Positions 18,877 to 29,128 of a stretch of 64,000 nt of DNA are shown one piece after another. The notes under the pieces were generated by a model. That model saw nothing but the letters and a program-made list of their open reading frames with translations, was not told where the DNA came from and searched no databases. The position numbers and the translations under genes were made by a program. Positions within the stretch are counted from its first letter, which is position 1; each line of letters starts with the position of its first letter. This DNA comes from an uncultured Chitinophagales bacterium (lineage in GTDB: Bacteria; Bacteroidota; Bacteroidia; Chitinophagales; S012-47), in the NCBI GenBank assembly GCA_964413685.1, contig CAYPSW010000004.1, positions 65,846 to 129,845 on the forward strand. The letters run 5' to 3'.

Positions 18877-20454
18877 TTAGTAACCCGGATTCTGTTGCAA
18901 ATTCGTATTGGCTACTACATCAGATTCAGGTAAGGGATAAAGTCTCCTAAAATCAGGAACTGAAGTACCTTCCATAACATCACCCTTCCATGGCCATAAA
19001 TAGCTGGCTCCGGTATATTTTCCATAACGAATCAAGTCCGTTCGTCTTCCACCTTCCCAATATAATTCGCGAGCCCTTTCTGCCAAGACATAATCTGCAT
19101 CATAATTTGATATCAGAGCTGTATTGGCTCTTTGATGCAGCAGGTTGATATATTGAAGACCTATAGTGGTATTTCCACCCCCTTTGACGGCCGCTTCGGC
19201 ATACATCAGATAAACATCTGCCAAACGGAATAAGGGAAAATCATTATCAACATAATTACCGGTTTGGTCTGAGCCTGCAATACCATTTCTGTCCACATTC
19301 TTCCATTTAGCCACGGCATATCCATCGGTAAAGGTTGCGATATCATTTATTTCAAGATTTTGCCCGTCTTTGTAAAACAGATAACGACCGGAATTGGTAT
19401 CAGGAAATACCTGAACCAGTGCCTTGGTTGCCCGATAGCCGGCCCAACCTCCGTTTATACCAAAATCTGCAGGATCCATATTCCCACCAACTGGGGCGTG
19501 AGTAAGGAAAGTGGTACCACCATATGTTTGCGATTTGCTGCCATCATACGTAACAGGGAAAATCACCTCTTTCGACAGATGATTATCAGCTAAAAATAAT
19601 TGTGCATAACTGGTATCAAGCACATAGCCTCCCTGCCCAATTACTTTTTCGCAATAGGTGATACAGTCATTCCAACGTGGCGTACCGGTATAAACTTCAG
19701 CGTTTAAGTATAATTTGGCAAGTAAAGTCCATGCTGCTGCTTTATTGGCTCTGCCATAAACATCCGAGCTATAGCCTGCTATTGGATCTAATAAATAATC
19801 TTGTATTGCGAGTAACTCGCTTTCAATATACTGAAACAAATCTGTTCTTGAAATTTGCTGCGGGAAGTAGGCACCTATCGGATCAGTTTCAACCACAAAG
19901 GGAACAGATCCATATAAATCCATAGCATGGTAATAGCTTAATGCACGCAGAAATCGGGCTTCATAAACATAAGTGCTTATCCTATCGATGTCAGACTGGA
20001 CAAAATTTCGATCAATCAATATTGCGGGGTCAGCTTGTCTGATAAATTCATTGCATAGAGCAATTTGAAAAAATATGCGATAATACATGGCCGATGACCA
20101 TGAATTGGTAGCTACCCAGGTCATTGTATTTAGTTCGGGTAGCCCCGGATCGTTCCAGCCTACAACGGCTTCATCAGTAGGGTCTTCCTCTAGGTTCCAA
20201 AGTACCCGGATATAGGAAGAAAATCCTTCGTCAATTCCGCTTATATCTGCATCTCCGGCCGGTCCGTTATTTCCTGTCATTGAAAGGCCGGCATAAAGTT
20301 TTGCCAGCACGTTGATATAATTATCCGGATTGCTATAAACGGTTCCGGCATTGATACCATACTTTGGCTCCAGATTTAAATCCTGAAAGCAGGAAGATAA
20401 ACTAAAACTCAGGCTGATAAACAAAGCACTTGTATAAATAATATATCGTTTCAT
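18877..20454 (-). CDS. SusD/RagB-family outer-membrane nutrient-binding lipoprotein
   Basis: 525 aa. It has a lipoprotein signal (..SLSSC) and TPR-like SusD stretches (RFLRALSYYHAMDLYG, AAWTLLAKLYLNAEVY, PLFRLADVYLMYAEA). It lies 11 nt downstream of a SusC gene. Confidence 0.9.
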   Translation of the reverse strand: MKRYIIYTSALFISLSFSLSSCFQDLNLEPKYGINAGTVYSNPDNYINVLAKLYAGLSMTGNNGPAGDADISGIDEGFSSYIRVLWNLEEDPTDEAVVGWNDPGLPELNTMTWVATNSWSSAMYYRIFFQIALCNEFIRQADPAILIDRNFVQSDIDRISTYVYEARFLRALSYYHAMDLYGSVPFVVETDPIGAYFPQQISRTDLFQYIESELLAIQDYLLDPIAGYSSDVYGRANKAAAWTLLAKLYLNAEVYTGTPRWNDCITYCEKVIGQGGYVLDTSYAQLFLADNHLSKEVIFPVTYDGSKSQTYGGTTFLTHAPVGGNMDPADFGINGGWAGYRATKALVQVFPDTNSGRYLFYKDGQNLEINDIATFTDGYAVAKWKNVDRNGIAGSDQTGNYVDNDFPLFRLADVYLMYAEAAVKGGGNTTIGLQYINLLHQRANTALISNYDADYVLAERARELYWEGGRRTDLIRYGKYTGASYLWPWKGDVMEGTSVPDFRRLYPLPESDVVANTNLQQNPGY

Positions 20455-20465
20455 TTTATCTGGAT

Positions 20466-23450
20466 TTAAAGGGTGATATTTACATTGAGAGAATAAATTC
20501 TAGGTCTGGGATAAATGGTATTATCAATACCTCCAACCACTTCAGGATCAATGCCACTATAGTTTGAAAAGACGAATGCATTTTGAACAACAGCACTTAC
20601 TTTAAGCGAGAATCTGTTCGCAATACTGGGGAAATTATACCCCATACTGAAATAATCAAGTCTGAGGAAATTGGCCTTCTCTAAATAATAATCGGAAAGG
20701 AATTGGGTAATATTTCCTTTATAAAATTGAGATTTATAGTAATCATTTGTCAAATTGTTCAAGTATTTTTTAGACCCCTCAATAGCTTTAAAATATCCAC
20801 GCTGTGCAGCAACAGCATTGTATCGATAGGCACCAAATTCACTGCGCATAGAGAAGCCAAAGGACCATTGTTTGTAATTCAGATTGCCAAAAAGGCCTGC
20901 AAATACTTTTGGTTCGGGACTACCATTGAAAATATATTGATCTCCCAGTCCTAAATCAGATCTACCGGGTGTAATGGTACTATCTCCATTCAGGTCTTCA
21001 TAAGCACCTTCAATAGGCATTCCGTTTTCGTCATATAGTTGTTTGTAGACCAGATAGGAATATGCCGGAAATCCAACCGCATGAATTTGAACCGTGTTAC
21101 CGATTCCTCCAGGAATACCTCCAATGAGAATGCCGGGGTCATCTGGATTTTGGGTTTTAGTGAGTCGTGTAATCATATTATTATTCAGTGATGCATTGGC
21201 GCCTATCTCCAAGCGGGTGTCATTGTTATTAATAATTACAGCACTCAAAGTCATCTCAACGCCTGTGTTTTGAAGATTACCAACGTTGGTGAAAATCCGG
21301 TTTGTGAAATTTGTACCTGCAGGCACGGGAACAATGGCCAATAAGTCACTCGTTAGTTTACGATAGAAATCAAGTGTTGCACTAACTCTGTTATTCATAA
21401 ATCCAAGGTCTAATCCGATATTGGTACTGGCTGTTTGTTCCCACTTAATTTCGCTATCATATCCATCAGGACGTAAAACGGTATAAAATTTATCGCCAAA
21501 CTGATATTGGGCTGTTTCTGTACCCGGACTATAATTTGGAATATATGGATAATCATTCCCAATATCCTGCTGTCCGGTTACTCCGTAGCCGGCACGTAAT
21601 TTCAAGTACATATGCGTATTCTTCATGAAAGGTTCATCGCTGACATACCAAGCGGCTGCCACAGATGGAAAAAGTCCCCAGCGTGTGCTCGGACTAAAAC
21701 GGGATGAGCCATCATCACGAAGGGTTGCTGTAATTAAATACTTGCCTTTCAAAGAATAATTTACTCTGCCGTAAAATGATATCAAAGTATTCTCCGTTTC
21801 GAAAGGAATTCCGGGAGGTGTAATCGTATCTCCAAGTGCGTTTATATCAGCTTGAGCTGGGCTTTTGGTAAGCCAATTCTGGTAAGAATATCCACCGGTA
21901 AGATCAAGTTTGCTATCAATACCGCTTAGATCTTTCTTGTAATTTCCGTAAAACTCGAGCAATCGGTTTGATTTGATTTGACTATATACATTGTCCACGC
22001 CATGCCTGTAAAAGGAGGAAGCTGCTGTTTCCGGTATTTTAACATAGCCGTTGCTGGATGAATAATCCATACCCAGATTCAGAATGGCGTGTAAGCCATC
22101 AAGAAAAGGAATTTTATAATCGAATTTTGAGCTTCCGATAAATCGATTTATCTGACTGACATCATCTTTTTGCATAATCAGACCCACCGGATTTTTAGGT
22201 GCCAGTACATTTGGCTTTCCTGAGCCGGCCATTACCCATTCGTAGTAGCCGCCATATAAATGGGCAGAATCAGAATATACCGGTTTGGTTGGATCGAAAG
22301 TTACTGCTGCTCCGATGGCACCCTGATCTGCAAAAAAGTTTTGAGTATGGGTCATCTTAGCACTTGCATCTATTTGAATTTGATCATGCAGCAGAGAAGG
22401 AGATAAATTTAAATTCAAACCATATCGGTTGAGTTGAGAACGCTTCAAAACGCCCTGATTTTTAAAATATTCCATATTCAGCCGATAGGGCAATCCTTTT
22501 ATTCCACCAGCAAAAGTCAGGTTGTTCTGAGAACTGATACCGGTTCGATATATCTGGCTTTGCCAGTTGGTACTATTAAGCGTGTCTAATAAACTGATCT
22601 GATTATTTGAGCCGGTATCTTTCACCAATGTCCTGAACTCATTTGCGGTAAGTACATCAACAAAGCGTGTATTTTGAGATACTGAAGTTACATTACTATA
22701 GTTGATTTGCAATTTGTTCCCTGCTACCCCTTTTTTAGTGCTTATCAGGATAACACCATTGGCCGCTCTTGAACCGTAAATAGCTGCTGCCGAGGCATCT
22801 TTCAGTACCGTAATATTTTCAATTTCAGCTGAATTAATCATATTAAGCGCATTAGCCGATCCTGCTATTCCATTGTTGTCAACGGGAACTCCATCAATAA
22901 CAATCAACGGGTCATTGCTGGCATTCAGCGAACTTCCACCACGTATTCTTATGCGGCTTCCCGAACCGGGGGCTCCGCTATTTGAAGTAATATTCACACC
23001 GGATATTTTTCCAGCTACAAGTTGCTCAGGTGAGCCAATATTTCCTATGGTGAAATCTTTTGCTGATACTGAAGTAACCGAACCGGTCAGATCTTTTATA
23101 TGTGCAGTGCCATACCCTACCACGATTACTTCATCGAGTTGATTACCCGGTACAAGGGCAATACTGAAGTTTCTTGTGCTGCCTATTGAAACCGTTTGAG
23201 CTGTGTATCCAATAAATGAAAAAACCAAAGATCCTGTATCACTTGGTACATCAAGATCGAATTGACCGTTCACATTCGTTGACGTGCCAATTATGGTTCC
23301 CTGATAAACTACATAGGCCCCAATAAGGGCTTCCCCATTTTTTGCATCACTGATACTTCCGGTAAGATTTATCTGTGCCTGAGCGCCACTACTTATTATA
23401 AATAGTAGCACATAAAACCAAGCTAATTTATTTAGTTTTCCATTTTTCAT
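20466..23450 (-). CDS. SusC/RagA-family TonB-dependent receptor
   Basis: The track ORF is extended to 23573. The ATG at 23450 gives MKNGKLNKLAWFYVLLFIISSGAQAQ (signal peptide). This is followed by a carboxypeptidase-regulatory-like domain, the plug (DEVIVVGYGT...ITVLKDASAAAIYGSRAANGVILIST) and a C-terminal beta-barrel ending ..SLNVNITL. Confidence 0.9.
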   Translation of the reverse strand: MKNGKLNKLAWFYVLLFIISSGAQAQINLTGSISDAKNGEALIGAYVVYQGTIIGTSTNVNGQFDLDVPSDTGSLVFSFIGYTAQTVSIGSTRNFSIALVPGNQLDEVIVVGYGTAHIKDLTGSVTSVSAKDFTIGNIGSPEQLVAGKISGVNITSNSGAPGSGSRIRIRGGSSLNASNDPLIVIDGVPVDNNGIAGSANALNMINSAEIENITVLKDASAAAIYGSRAANGVILISTKKGVAGNKLQINYSNVTSVSQNTRFVDVLTANEFRTLVKDTGSNNQISLLDTLNSTNWQSQIYRTGISSQNNLTFAGGIKGLPYRLNMEYFKNQGVLKRSQLNRYGLNLNLSPSLLHDQIQIDASAKMTHTQNFFADQGAIGAAVTFDPTKPVYSDSAHLYGGYYEWVMAGSGKPNVLAPKNPVGLIMQKDDVSQINRFIGSSKFDYKIPFLDGLHAILNLGMDYSSSNGYVKIPETAASSFYRHGVDNVYSQIKSNRLLEFYGNYKKDLSGIDSKLDLTGGYSYQNWLTKSPAQADINALGDTITPPGIPFETENTLISFYGRVNYSLKGKYLITATLRDDGSSRFSPSTRWGLFPSVAAAWYVSDEPFMKNTHMYLKLRAGYGVTGQQDIGNDYPYIPNYSPGTETAQYQFGDKFYTVLRPDGYDSEIKWEQTASTNIGLDLGFMNNRVSATLDFYRKLTSDLLAIVPVPAGTNFTNRIFTNVGNLQNTGVEMTLSAVIINNNDTRLEIGANASLNNNMITRLTKTQNPDDPGILIGGIPGGIGNTVQIHAVGFPAYSYLVYKQLYDENGMPIEGAYEDLNGDSTITPGRSDLGLGDQYIFNGSPEPKVFAGLFGNLNYKQWSFGFSMRSEFGAYRYNAVAAQRGYFKAIEGSKKYLNNLTNDYYKSQFYKGNITQFLSDYYLEKANFLRLDYFSMGYNFPSIANRFSLKVSAVVQNAFVFSNYSGIDPEVVGGIDNTIYPRPRIYSLNVNITL

Positions 23451-23684
23451 TTCTATACAAGTTATCGAATTACAAAAAAGTAATGCAGCCCCAAAGTGGA
23501 TATCTAAGCTAAAGGCAAATGTAATTTTTATTTTGCAAAAAAGGAGAAAACCGGTATCACCTGAGGCAAGCAAATGAATGTTTAATCAATGGTTAACGGG
23601 TGTATAAATCAGTCCTAAGTTTATTTCTGAAGTGCTACACTTGCAAACCAATTTGATAGGTTGGGTTCAACCTTAAAAGTGCAT

Positions 23685-23716
23685 TAAAAAAAGAAAGACC
23701 CTTTCGGGCCCTTCTT
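23685..23716 (-). terminator. rho-independent terminator downstream of the M16 peptidase gene
   Basis: Reverse strand reads AGAAGGGCCC GAAA GGGTCTTTCT followed by TTTTTTT. This is a 10-bp stem with two G:U pairs that form only on this strand. Confidence 0.65.
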
Positions 23717-23724
23717 TGTGCTTG

Positions 23725-26637
23725 TTAATAATTAAATAATTCTTCAAGAGTCAACTCCCGGAAGTCACCAAGTGATTTTAAGAAGTCCATATCCATCAAC
23801 TCTTTGTTTCCGATGATACAATAGACATATTGTTTGCCGGCTACATGCTTATCAAAGAAATCTTGCATACCTTGCATGTTAGCAGTTTGAGCAACGCTAT
23901 AAATGTCTTTACGGATATCATAGTTAATGCCTTGTTTGCGCGCGTTCAGATAATTCCAGAAAATTTCTTCTTTAGTTATTCTGTTGCTGGCTATGTTTTT
24001 TAACACTGATTCGCGGGCAGCGTTAAACTGCTGATCAGACTGGGGCATATTATTTAAAAGTTCCTGTACAGCAGTAACCGCATCTTTCAGTTTATTGTTT
24101 TGAGTTCCGACATATGAAAACATGTAATGGTGCAGATCGGGTTCTGCTGGAGTTGTATATGCTGCATAAGCTGAATAAGCCAAAGCCCTTGCCTCACGAA
24201 TTTCCTGAAAAAAGATGGATGATAATCCACTACCAAAATAATTATTAAATAAGCGGGCATAAGGGATGTTGGTGATATTCAATTTTTCATCCTGAGCCAA
24301 TTGAAGAACCTCGCCTTGAACCATGTCATAATCTACGAAGTAAACTTTATTATTATTGATTGGCAGCTCCTGATATTTCGCTTTTGCAGGAGTAGGTAAA
24401 AAACGAGTTGGAATGCGATGGAAACGGTCAAGTAATGTTCTGACATTTTCCGGCAACTCGGTTCCGTAATATAAGATTTCGTGCTTATACTTTGTTAAAT
24501 CATGAATTTTATTAACCAAATCCTGCGGGTTAATTTTCTGCAAATTTTCGGCAGAGATAATATTTCTGAAAGGTGAATTTTCACCGTATTGAGCATAACT
24601 GAATAAACCCCGGTAAAGGATTGTACTTTTGTTTGACTTGGCATTTTCACGATCTTTCAGAATTCCTTCTACCATATCCTGATAAGCGGTTTGATCGGGC
24701 ACTACATTACTGAGCATGTGTTCTAATAATTCAGTCCCTTTTTCGAGCGAAGCTTTTAATCCAAATAGCGACACATAAACCTGATCGCGTGATGTGCTGA
24801 CATCGAAATTAAGACCGAGTTTGAAGAACTCTTCCTGAAGCTGCTGTGCAGAATATTTGTTGGTACCGAGGTAAGGTAGATAATTAACGGCAAGGGCTAA
24901 TTCCGGGTCATTGTCACTACCCATATCCAGCACATAATACAAACCAAATAAATCGTTGGTTGTATTCTCGATATAGTTAAACTCGATCCCTGAATTTAAA
25001 GGGAATTGCCGGATCGCGGTTTTATAGTCTAAAAATTCAGGTTTCAATTCTGCAGATTGCATGGTATATAAAGTTTTAGCAAAATCCGATTCTCTGTCCC
25101 GGTTAACCTCAAGTGGAGTGATATGCGGTTTTTCTAACAATAATTTGTCTTTATTTTCGCCTTGCCTCTTGTACATTGTCACAAAATTATCTGTAAAATA
25201 TTTGTTGGCAAATGTCACCACGTCATCTTTAGTTAATCGCCCGTTGGCATCAATCTGTGAAATATAATCTTGCCAGGGCGATTCAAGTATAAAGGCATTT
25301 ACCATCATGCTGGCTCTTGCGTTATTGCTTTCTAGCTGAACCATTTGCTGGTATTTCAGGTCATTGGTCGAAGCGTTTATTAACCACGATTCAAAACCAC
25401 CATTTTTTAATTTATTCAGTTCTTCAATCAATAAATCTCTAACTTCTTCGAGACTTTGTCCTTCCCGCGGGCTACCTGATAAAATGAACAATGAATAATC
25501 ATGCAATCGATAAGCATAGGCCCAGGCATTCAGTACTTTTTGGCTTTGAATCAAATCAATATCCATCATTCCGGCTTTTCCGTTATTCAGCATTTCATTC
25601 ACAAGGTCCATTGTGCGCGAATCGGTAGTATTGAAACCAGGGAATCGCCATGCAAGTACCACAGAAGGTTCTTGTTGACCCCAGATTTCTTTAACTACAG
25701 GTTTTTTCATTTTCTTTTTTTTCGGCATTTTCTTCGAGACAACAGCTTTTTGTTTTAGTTGTCCAAAGTATTTGTTGATGACCTGAATAGCCTCATCCGG
25801 GTTGAAATCACCAGCCATACAAAGTGCCATATTATTTGGTACATAATAATTGTCAAAGAACTCATGAATCTTCACCATGGAAGGATTTTTTAAATCAAAT
25901 CCTTTTCCAATGGTCGTGTGGGTTCCGTAGGGGTGTTTTGGAAAGGCAGCAGTAAAAAGGGCATCCCAAAGGCGTGACATATCATTATCTTGCCCTCGGT
26001 TGAATTCTTCAAAAACTGCTTCCAACTCGGTATGAAATAGGCGCAAAACCAATTGACTAAAACGCTCGCTTTCCAATTTCGCCCATTTCTCAAGTTCATT
26101 GGAAGGAATATTATTGATGTATACAGTTCGTTCCATGCTCGTGTAAGCATTGGTCCCGGTAGCACCAATAGAAGATACTATCTTATCATATTCATTGGGA
26201 TTAGCATATTTTGCAGCTATAAAGGAAAGGCTGTCAATCTGCTTGTATATGATCTCTTTTTCCTTCTCATCCTTTGCAGCCCTATGCAGTTCATATAGAT
26301 CTGATATGCGGCTTAAGATTTCTTTTTCTGCCGGCCAGTTATCCGTAGCAATTTGATCAGTTCCTTTAAAAACCATGTGCTCAAGATAATGAGCCAGACC
26401 CGTTGCATTATCAGGATCGTTTTTCGAACCAGTTTTAACAGCTATTAGGGTTTGGATTCTTGGCTCATCTTTATTGACGGACATATAAACCTTCATGCCA
26501 TTGTCGAGGGTGTAAATCCTGACATGCATGGGGTCATTTTCGAATTGCTCGTAACTCAGATTTTGAGCTGTAAGTGAGGCAAACATGCTGAGGAAGAGCA
26601 GCATGAAAATAGATTTAAAACATTTTGAATTCTGCAT
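23725..26637 (-). CDS. M16-family (insulinase/pitrilysin-like) zinc peptidase, secreted
   Basis: 970 aa with a signal peptide. It carries the inverted zinc motif HxxEH (GLAHYLEHMVFKGT). Confidence 0.9.
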   Translation of the reverse strand: MQNSKCFKSIFMLLFLSMFASLTAQNLSYEQFENDPMHVRIYTLDNGMKVYMSVNKDEPRIQTLIAVKTGSKNDPDNATGLAHYLEHMVFKGTDQIATDNWPAEKEILSRISDLYELHRAAKDEKEKEIIYKQIDSLSFIAAKYANPNEYDKIVSSIGATGTNAYTSMERTVYINNIPSNELEKWAKLESERFSQLVLRLFHTELEAVFEEFNRGQDNDMSRLWDALFTAAFPKHPYGTHTTIGKGFDLKNPSMVKIHEFFDNYYVPNNMALCMAGDFNPDEAIQVINKYFGQLKQKAVVSKKMPKKKKMKKPVVKEIWGQQEPSVVLAWRFPGFNTTDSRTMDLVNEMLNNGKAGMMDIDLIQSQKVLNAWAYAYRLHDYSLFILSGSPREGQSLEEVRDLLIEELNKLKNGGFESWLINASTNDLKYQQMVQLESNNARASMMVNAFILESPWQDYISQIDANGRLTKDDVVTFANKYFTDNFVTMYKRQGENKDKLLLEKPHITPLEVNRDRESDFAKTLYTMQSAELKPEFLDYKTAIRQFPLNSGIEFNYIENTTNDLFGLYYVLDMGSDNDPELALAVNYLPYLGTNKYSAQQLQEEFFKLGLNFDVSTSRDQVYVSLFGLKASLEKGTELLEHMLSNVVPDQTAYQDMVEGILKDRENAKSNKSTILYRGLFSYAQYGENSPFRNIISAENLQKINPQDLVNKIHDLTKYKHEILYYGTELPENVRTLLDRFHRIPTRFLPTPAKAKYQELPINNNKVYFVDYDMVQGEVLQLAQDEKLNITNIPYARLFNNYFGSGLSSIFFQEIREARALAYSAYAAYTTPAEPDLHHYMFSYVGTQNNKLKDAVTAVQELLNNMPQSDQQFNAARESVLKNIASNRITKEEIFWNYLNARKQGINYDIRKDIYSVAQTANMQGMQDFFDKHVAGKQYVYCIIGNKELMDMDFLKSLGDFRELTLEELFNY

Positions 26638-26649
26638 AATGATTATTGT

Positions 26650-28458
26650 TTAAAGTTCGATATCAAGATTTAGCCGGTCTTTGAATTTTTGCAAATTCGG
26701 ATTTTTATTATTGAGGTAATCAAATTTTTCGCGAGCTGTGTATGGATTTCTTTTACTGTTTTCTTTATTCAGGGCTTCATTGATGAAGAAATTAATCTCA
26801 AAGTCATTTCTTTTCAAGTTCGAGCTCATATGGTCTTTAAAAGTATGCAGTGAATCTTTCAGCAATTTCAATTCAACCTGGTTTGAAACAGGGCAGCGCA
26901 AGACCTGCTTTTCAATTTCAAGACCTTCTTTATAGTTAAGTAGCAAACTTCCGACTGCTTTTTTCCCGTTATTCTTCATTACTCTGCAAGCATCATCCCA
27001 GGCTTTGATTAAATCTGTCGAAGTCAATTCAGGTAATGGGGCAGTCATTTTTGTTTCAATCACTTTCTCTTCCTGATGTTTGATCTCTGATTCTTTTGAA
27101 ATACTTTTTGATTTTGAGTTTTTCAAAATCTCTGCTCCGAACAAATCGCTTTCAGGCAATTTCTTTTTTTTAATTGCATTTGATGCAAGGGGTACTTTTT
27201 CAGGATATTTATTTTCTGGTTCGGGCTCCTCAAGCTTGTGTTCAACTTTTGTTATGGCTACCGGATGTTCCTGTTCAGGCTCTTTTTTTATCGTCTCTTT
27301 TGTCTTCAGTTCAGGCTCTTTCTTATTATTGTTTTTCGTCTTGTCTGACTTTTTTTTTACCGGTTCATCGCTTTGCGAAGCCACTCTGATTAAAGCCAAT
27401 TCGGTATGAAGCCTTTTGTTGTTGCTGGTTTTATATGAAATTTCAAATTTATTGAGCGTTTCCAAACCCTGGAGCAAAAAATCGGGAGATGTTTGTCCGG
27501 CTTGCGAGACATAATTTGCCTGAAGATTTTCTGGAATTTCCAAAATCTTCATTGTCTCAGCATTTTGACACAAGAGCAAGTCTCTGAAATGTTGACTTAA
27601 TCCGCTCAATAATGTATCTCCTTCAAAACCATCCGAGAGAATATTATTAAACATGAGAAATACGGCTGGAATATCATTAGCCAGAAGCGCATCTGTAATT
27701 TTGAAATAATAATCGTAATCTAGGATGTGCAGATTCTCGAGGACTCCGTTCATGCTTATTGCGCCTTCTCCAAAGCTCACAATCTTATCGAAAATGGAGA
27801 GGGCATCACGCAAGGCCCCGTCAGCTTTTAAGGCTATTAAGTGCAGGGCATCTTTTTCGAAAGGCAAGTTCTCATTTGTCGCAACTTTCTCAAGATGTGA
27901 AGTGATATCTGAAACACTGATCCTTTTGAAATCAAAAATCTGACAACGACTGAGAATAGTTGGTATAATTTTATGCTTTTCGGTAGTTGCCAGTATAAAT
28001 TTTGCGTAGGATGGTGGCTCTTCCAGCGTTTTCAAAAAAGCATTGAAGGCTTGCTGAGTAAGCATGTGAACCTCGTCAATGATATATATTTTGTATTTCC
28101 CTTTTTGAGGCATATACCTAACCTGTTCAATAAGCCCGCGCATATCATCCACGGAGTTATGCGATGCAGCATCCAATTCATGAACATTGAAAGAAGCAGA
28201 TTCATCGAAGGAACGGCAAGAGTCACATGTACCACAAGGTTCAGTACTGTTTTCGGGTGATTCGCAGTTTAATACCCGGGCTAGAATTCGGGCACAGGTA
28301 GTTTTACCTACTCCCCGTGGACCACAAAACAGGAAGGCCTGACCGAGTTGATTGTTTTTGATGGCATTCTTAAATGTGCGGGTCACATGTTCCTGCCCAA
28401 TCACATCTTCAAATCTGACGGGGCGATATTTTCTGGCAGAAACAATAAATTGACTCAT
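26650..28458 (-). CDS. dnaX: DNA polymerase III subunit tau/gamma
   Basis: 602 aa. YRPVRFEDVIGQEHV, the Walker A motif GPRGVGKTTCARILA, a zinc module CGTCDSC, and DEVHMLT. A Lys/Glu/Pro-rich linker (about residues 365-433) precedes the C-terminal tau-specific region. Confidence 0.95.
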   Translation of the reverse strand: MSQFIVSARKYRPVRFEDVIGQEHVTRTFKNAIKNNQLGQAFLFCGPRGVGKTTCARILARVLNCESPENSTEPCGTCDSCRSFDESASFNVHELDAASHNSVDDMRGLIEQVRYMPQKGKYKIYIIDEVHMLTQQAFNAFLKTLEEPPSYAKFILATTEKHKIIPTILSRCQIFDFKRISVSDITSHLEKVATNENLPFEKDALHLIALKADGALRDALSIFDKIVSFGEGAISMNGVLENLHILDYDYYFKITDALLANDIPAVFLMFNNILSDGFEGDTLLSGLSQHFRDLLLCQNAETMKILEIPENLQANYVSQAGQTSPDFLLQGLETLNKFEISYKTSNNKRLHTELALIRVASQSDEPVKKKSDKTKNNNKKEPELKTKETIKKEPEQEHPVAITKVEHKLEEPEPENKYPEKVPLASNAIKKKKLPESDLFGAEILKNSKSKSISKESEIKHQEEKVIETKMTAPLPELTSTDLIKAWDDACRVMKNNGKKAVGSLLLNYKEGLEIEKQVLRCPVSNQVELKLLKDSLHTFKDHMSSNLKRNDFEINFFINEALNKENSKRNPYTAREKFDYLNNKNPNLQKFKDRLNLDIEL

Positions 28459-28585
28459 ATTTTAAATGAAAAGTGTGGAATGCAAATTTTTCGAAAATTT
28501 AGGACAATCCGGTACTTGTCATCAATTTTCTTTTTGATTTAACACAAAATATAAAAATCTGCCGTCAAAAGGGATGGACAGAAAT

Positions 28586-28615
28586 AATAAGACCTTGCCG
28601 AAGCAAGGTCTTATT
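28586..28615 (-). terminator. hairpin (probable terminator) downstream of the 28630..29061 lipoprotein gene
   Basis: A perfect 13-bp stem, AATAAGACCTTGC / GCAAGGTCTTATT. On the reverse strand the loop is a C(UUCG)G tetraloop. The following tract, ATTTCT, is only moderately U-rich. Confidence 0.55.
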
Positions 28616-28629
28616 AGGATAAGAAATGT

Positions 28630-29061
28630 TTACACTTTCGGTATAAGATGGTACTCATTATTATGTGAGTCGAGCAGCCATAATTCCTTTACTTTAAGTT
28701 TTAATATGGTGCTTGTATTATCATAAATGTTTTGGTCAAAATCAAAAATAATCTCCGTTCCATTTGCTGTAAGTGCCCAGGTACCAACCGTGGACATGGT
28801 GAAAGGTGTTCCCAGAACTTCAACAACAATAGTCAGCGTAGCACCACCTGTTTTAGTCATCATTAGTTCATAACTAGTAAATGTGCTTGTGACATCAGTA
28901 CCAGAACTATCAATGAGTTGGTCTGCCGACCAGTCGTTTACGATTCTGGATGTTTTTGAATGCAAACTAAAGGCTGGTCCATATTGATACTTTTTGCAAG
29001 ACGAAAAAATACTTGCCACACCAATTAGGAGTATCAAGGATCCGATTCCAATTTTTTTCAT
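28630..29061 (-). CDS. small lipoprotein (lipocalin-like), function unknown
   Basis: 143 aa. It has a lipobox (..IFSSC) and beta-rich sequence. Confidence 0.6.
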   Translation of the reverse strand: MKKIGIGSLILLIGVASIFSSCKKYQYGPAFSLHSKTSRIVNDWSADQLIDSSGTDVTSTFTSYELMMTKTGGATLTIVVEVLGTPFTMSTVGTWALTANGTEIIFDFDQNIYDNTSTILKLKVKELWLLDSHNNEYHLIPKV

Positions 29062-29128
29062 GTGAATTTTAGTTTATGGTTTAATAATTTATTGACTAAT
29101 ACGATGCTCTCTGTAAAAATATTGCATT

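Noticed and set aside
23451-23573. Upstream extensions of track ORFs. These are SusC 23451-23573, pcm 15513-15626, cysC 38249-38290, cysN 39746-39835, rpsU 5123-5173, fadA 50719-50739, lipoprotein 41137-41142 and AlaDH-like 54367-54459.
   Set aside because: In each case an internal ATG yields a canonical N-terminus, either a signal peptide or a conserved first motif. The extension overlaps the upstream gene or promoter, or has non-protein-like composition.
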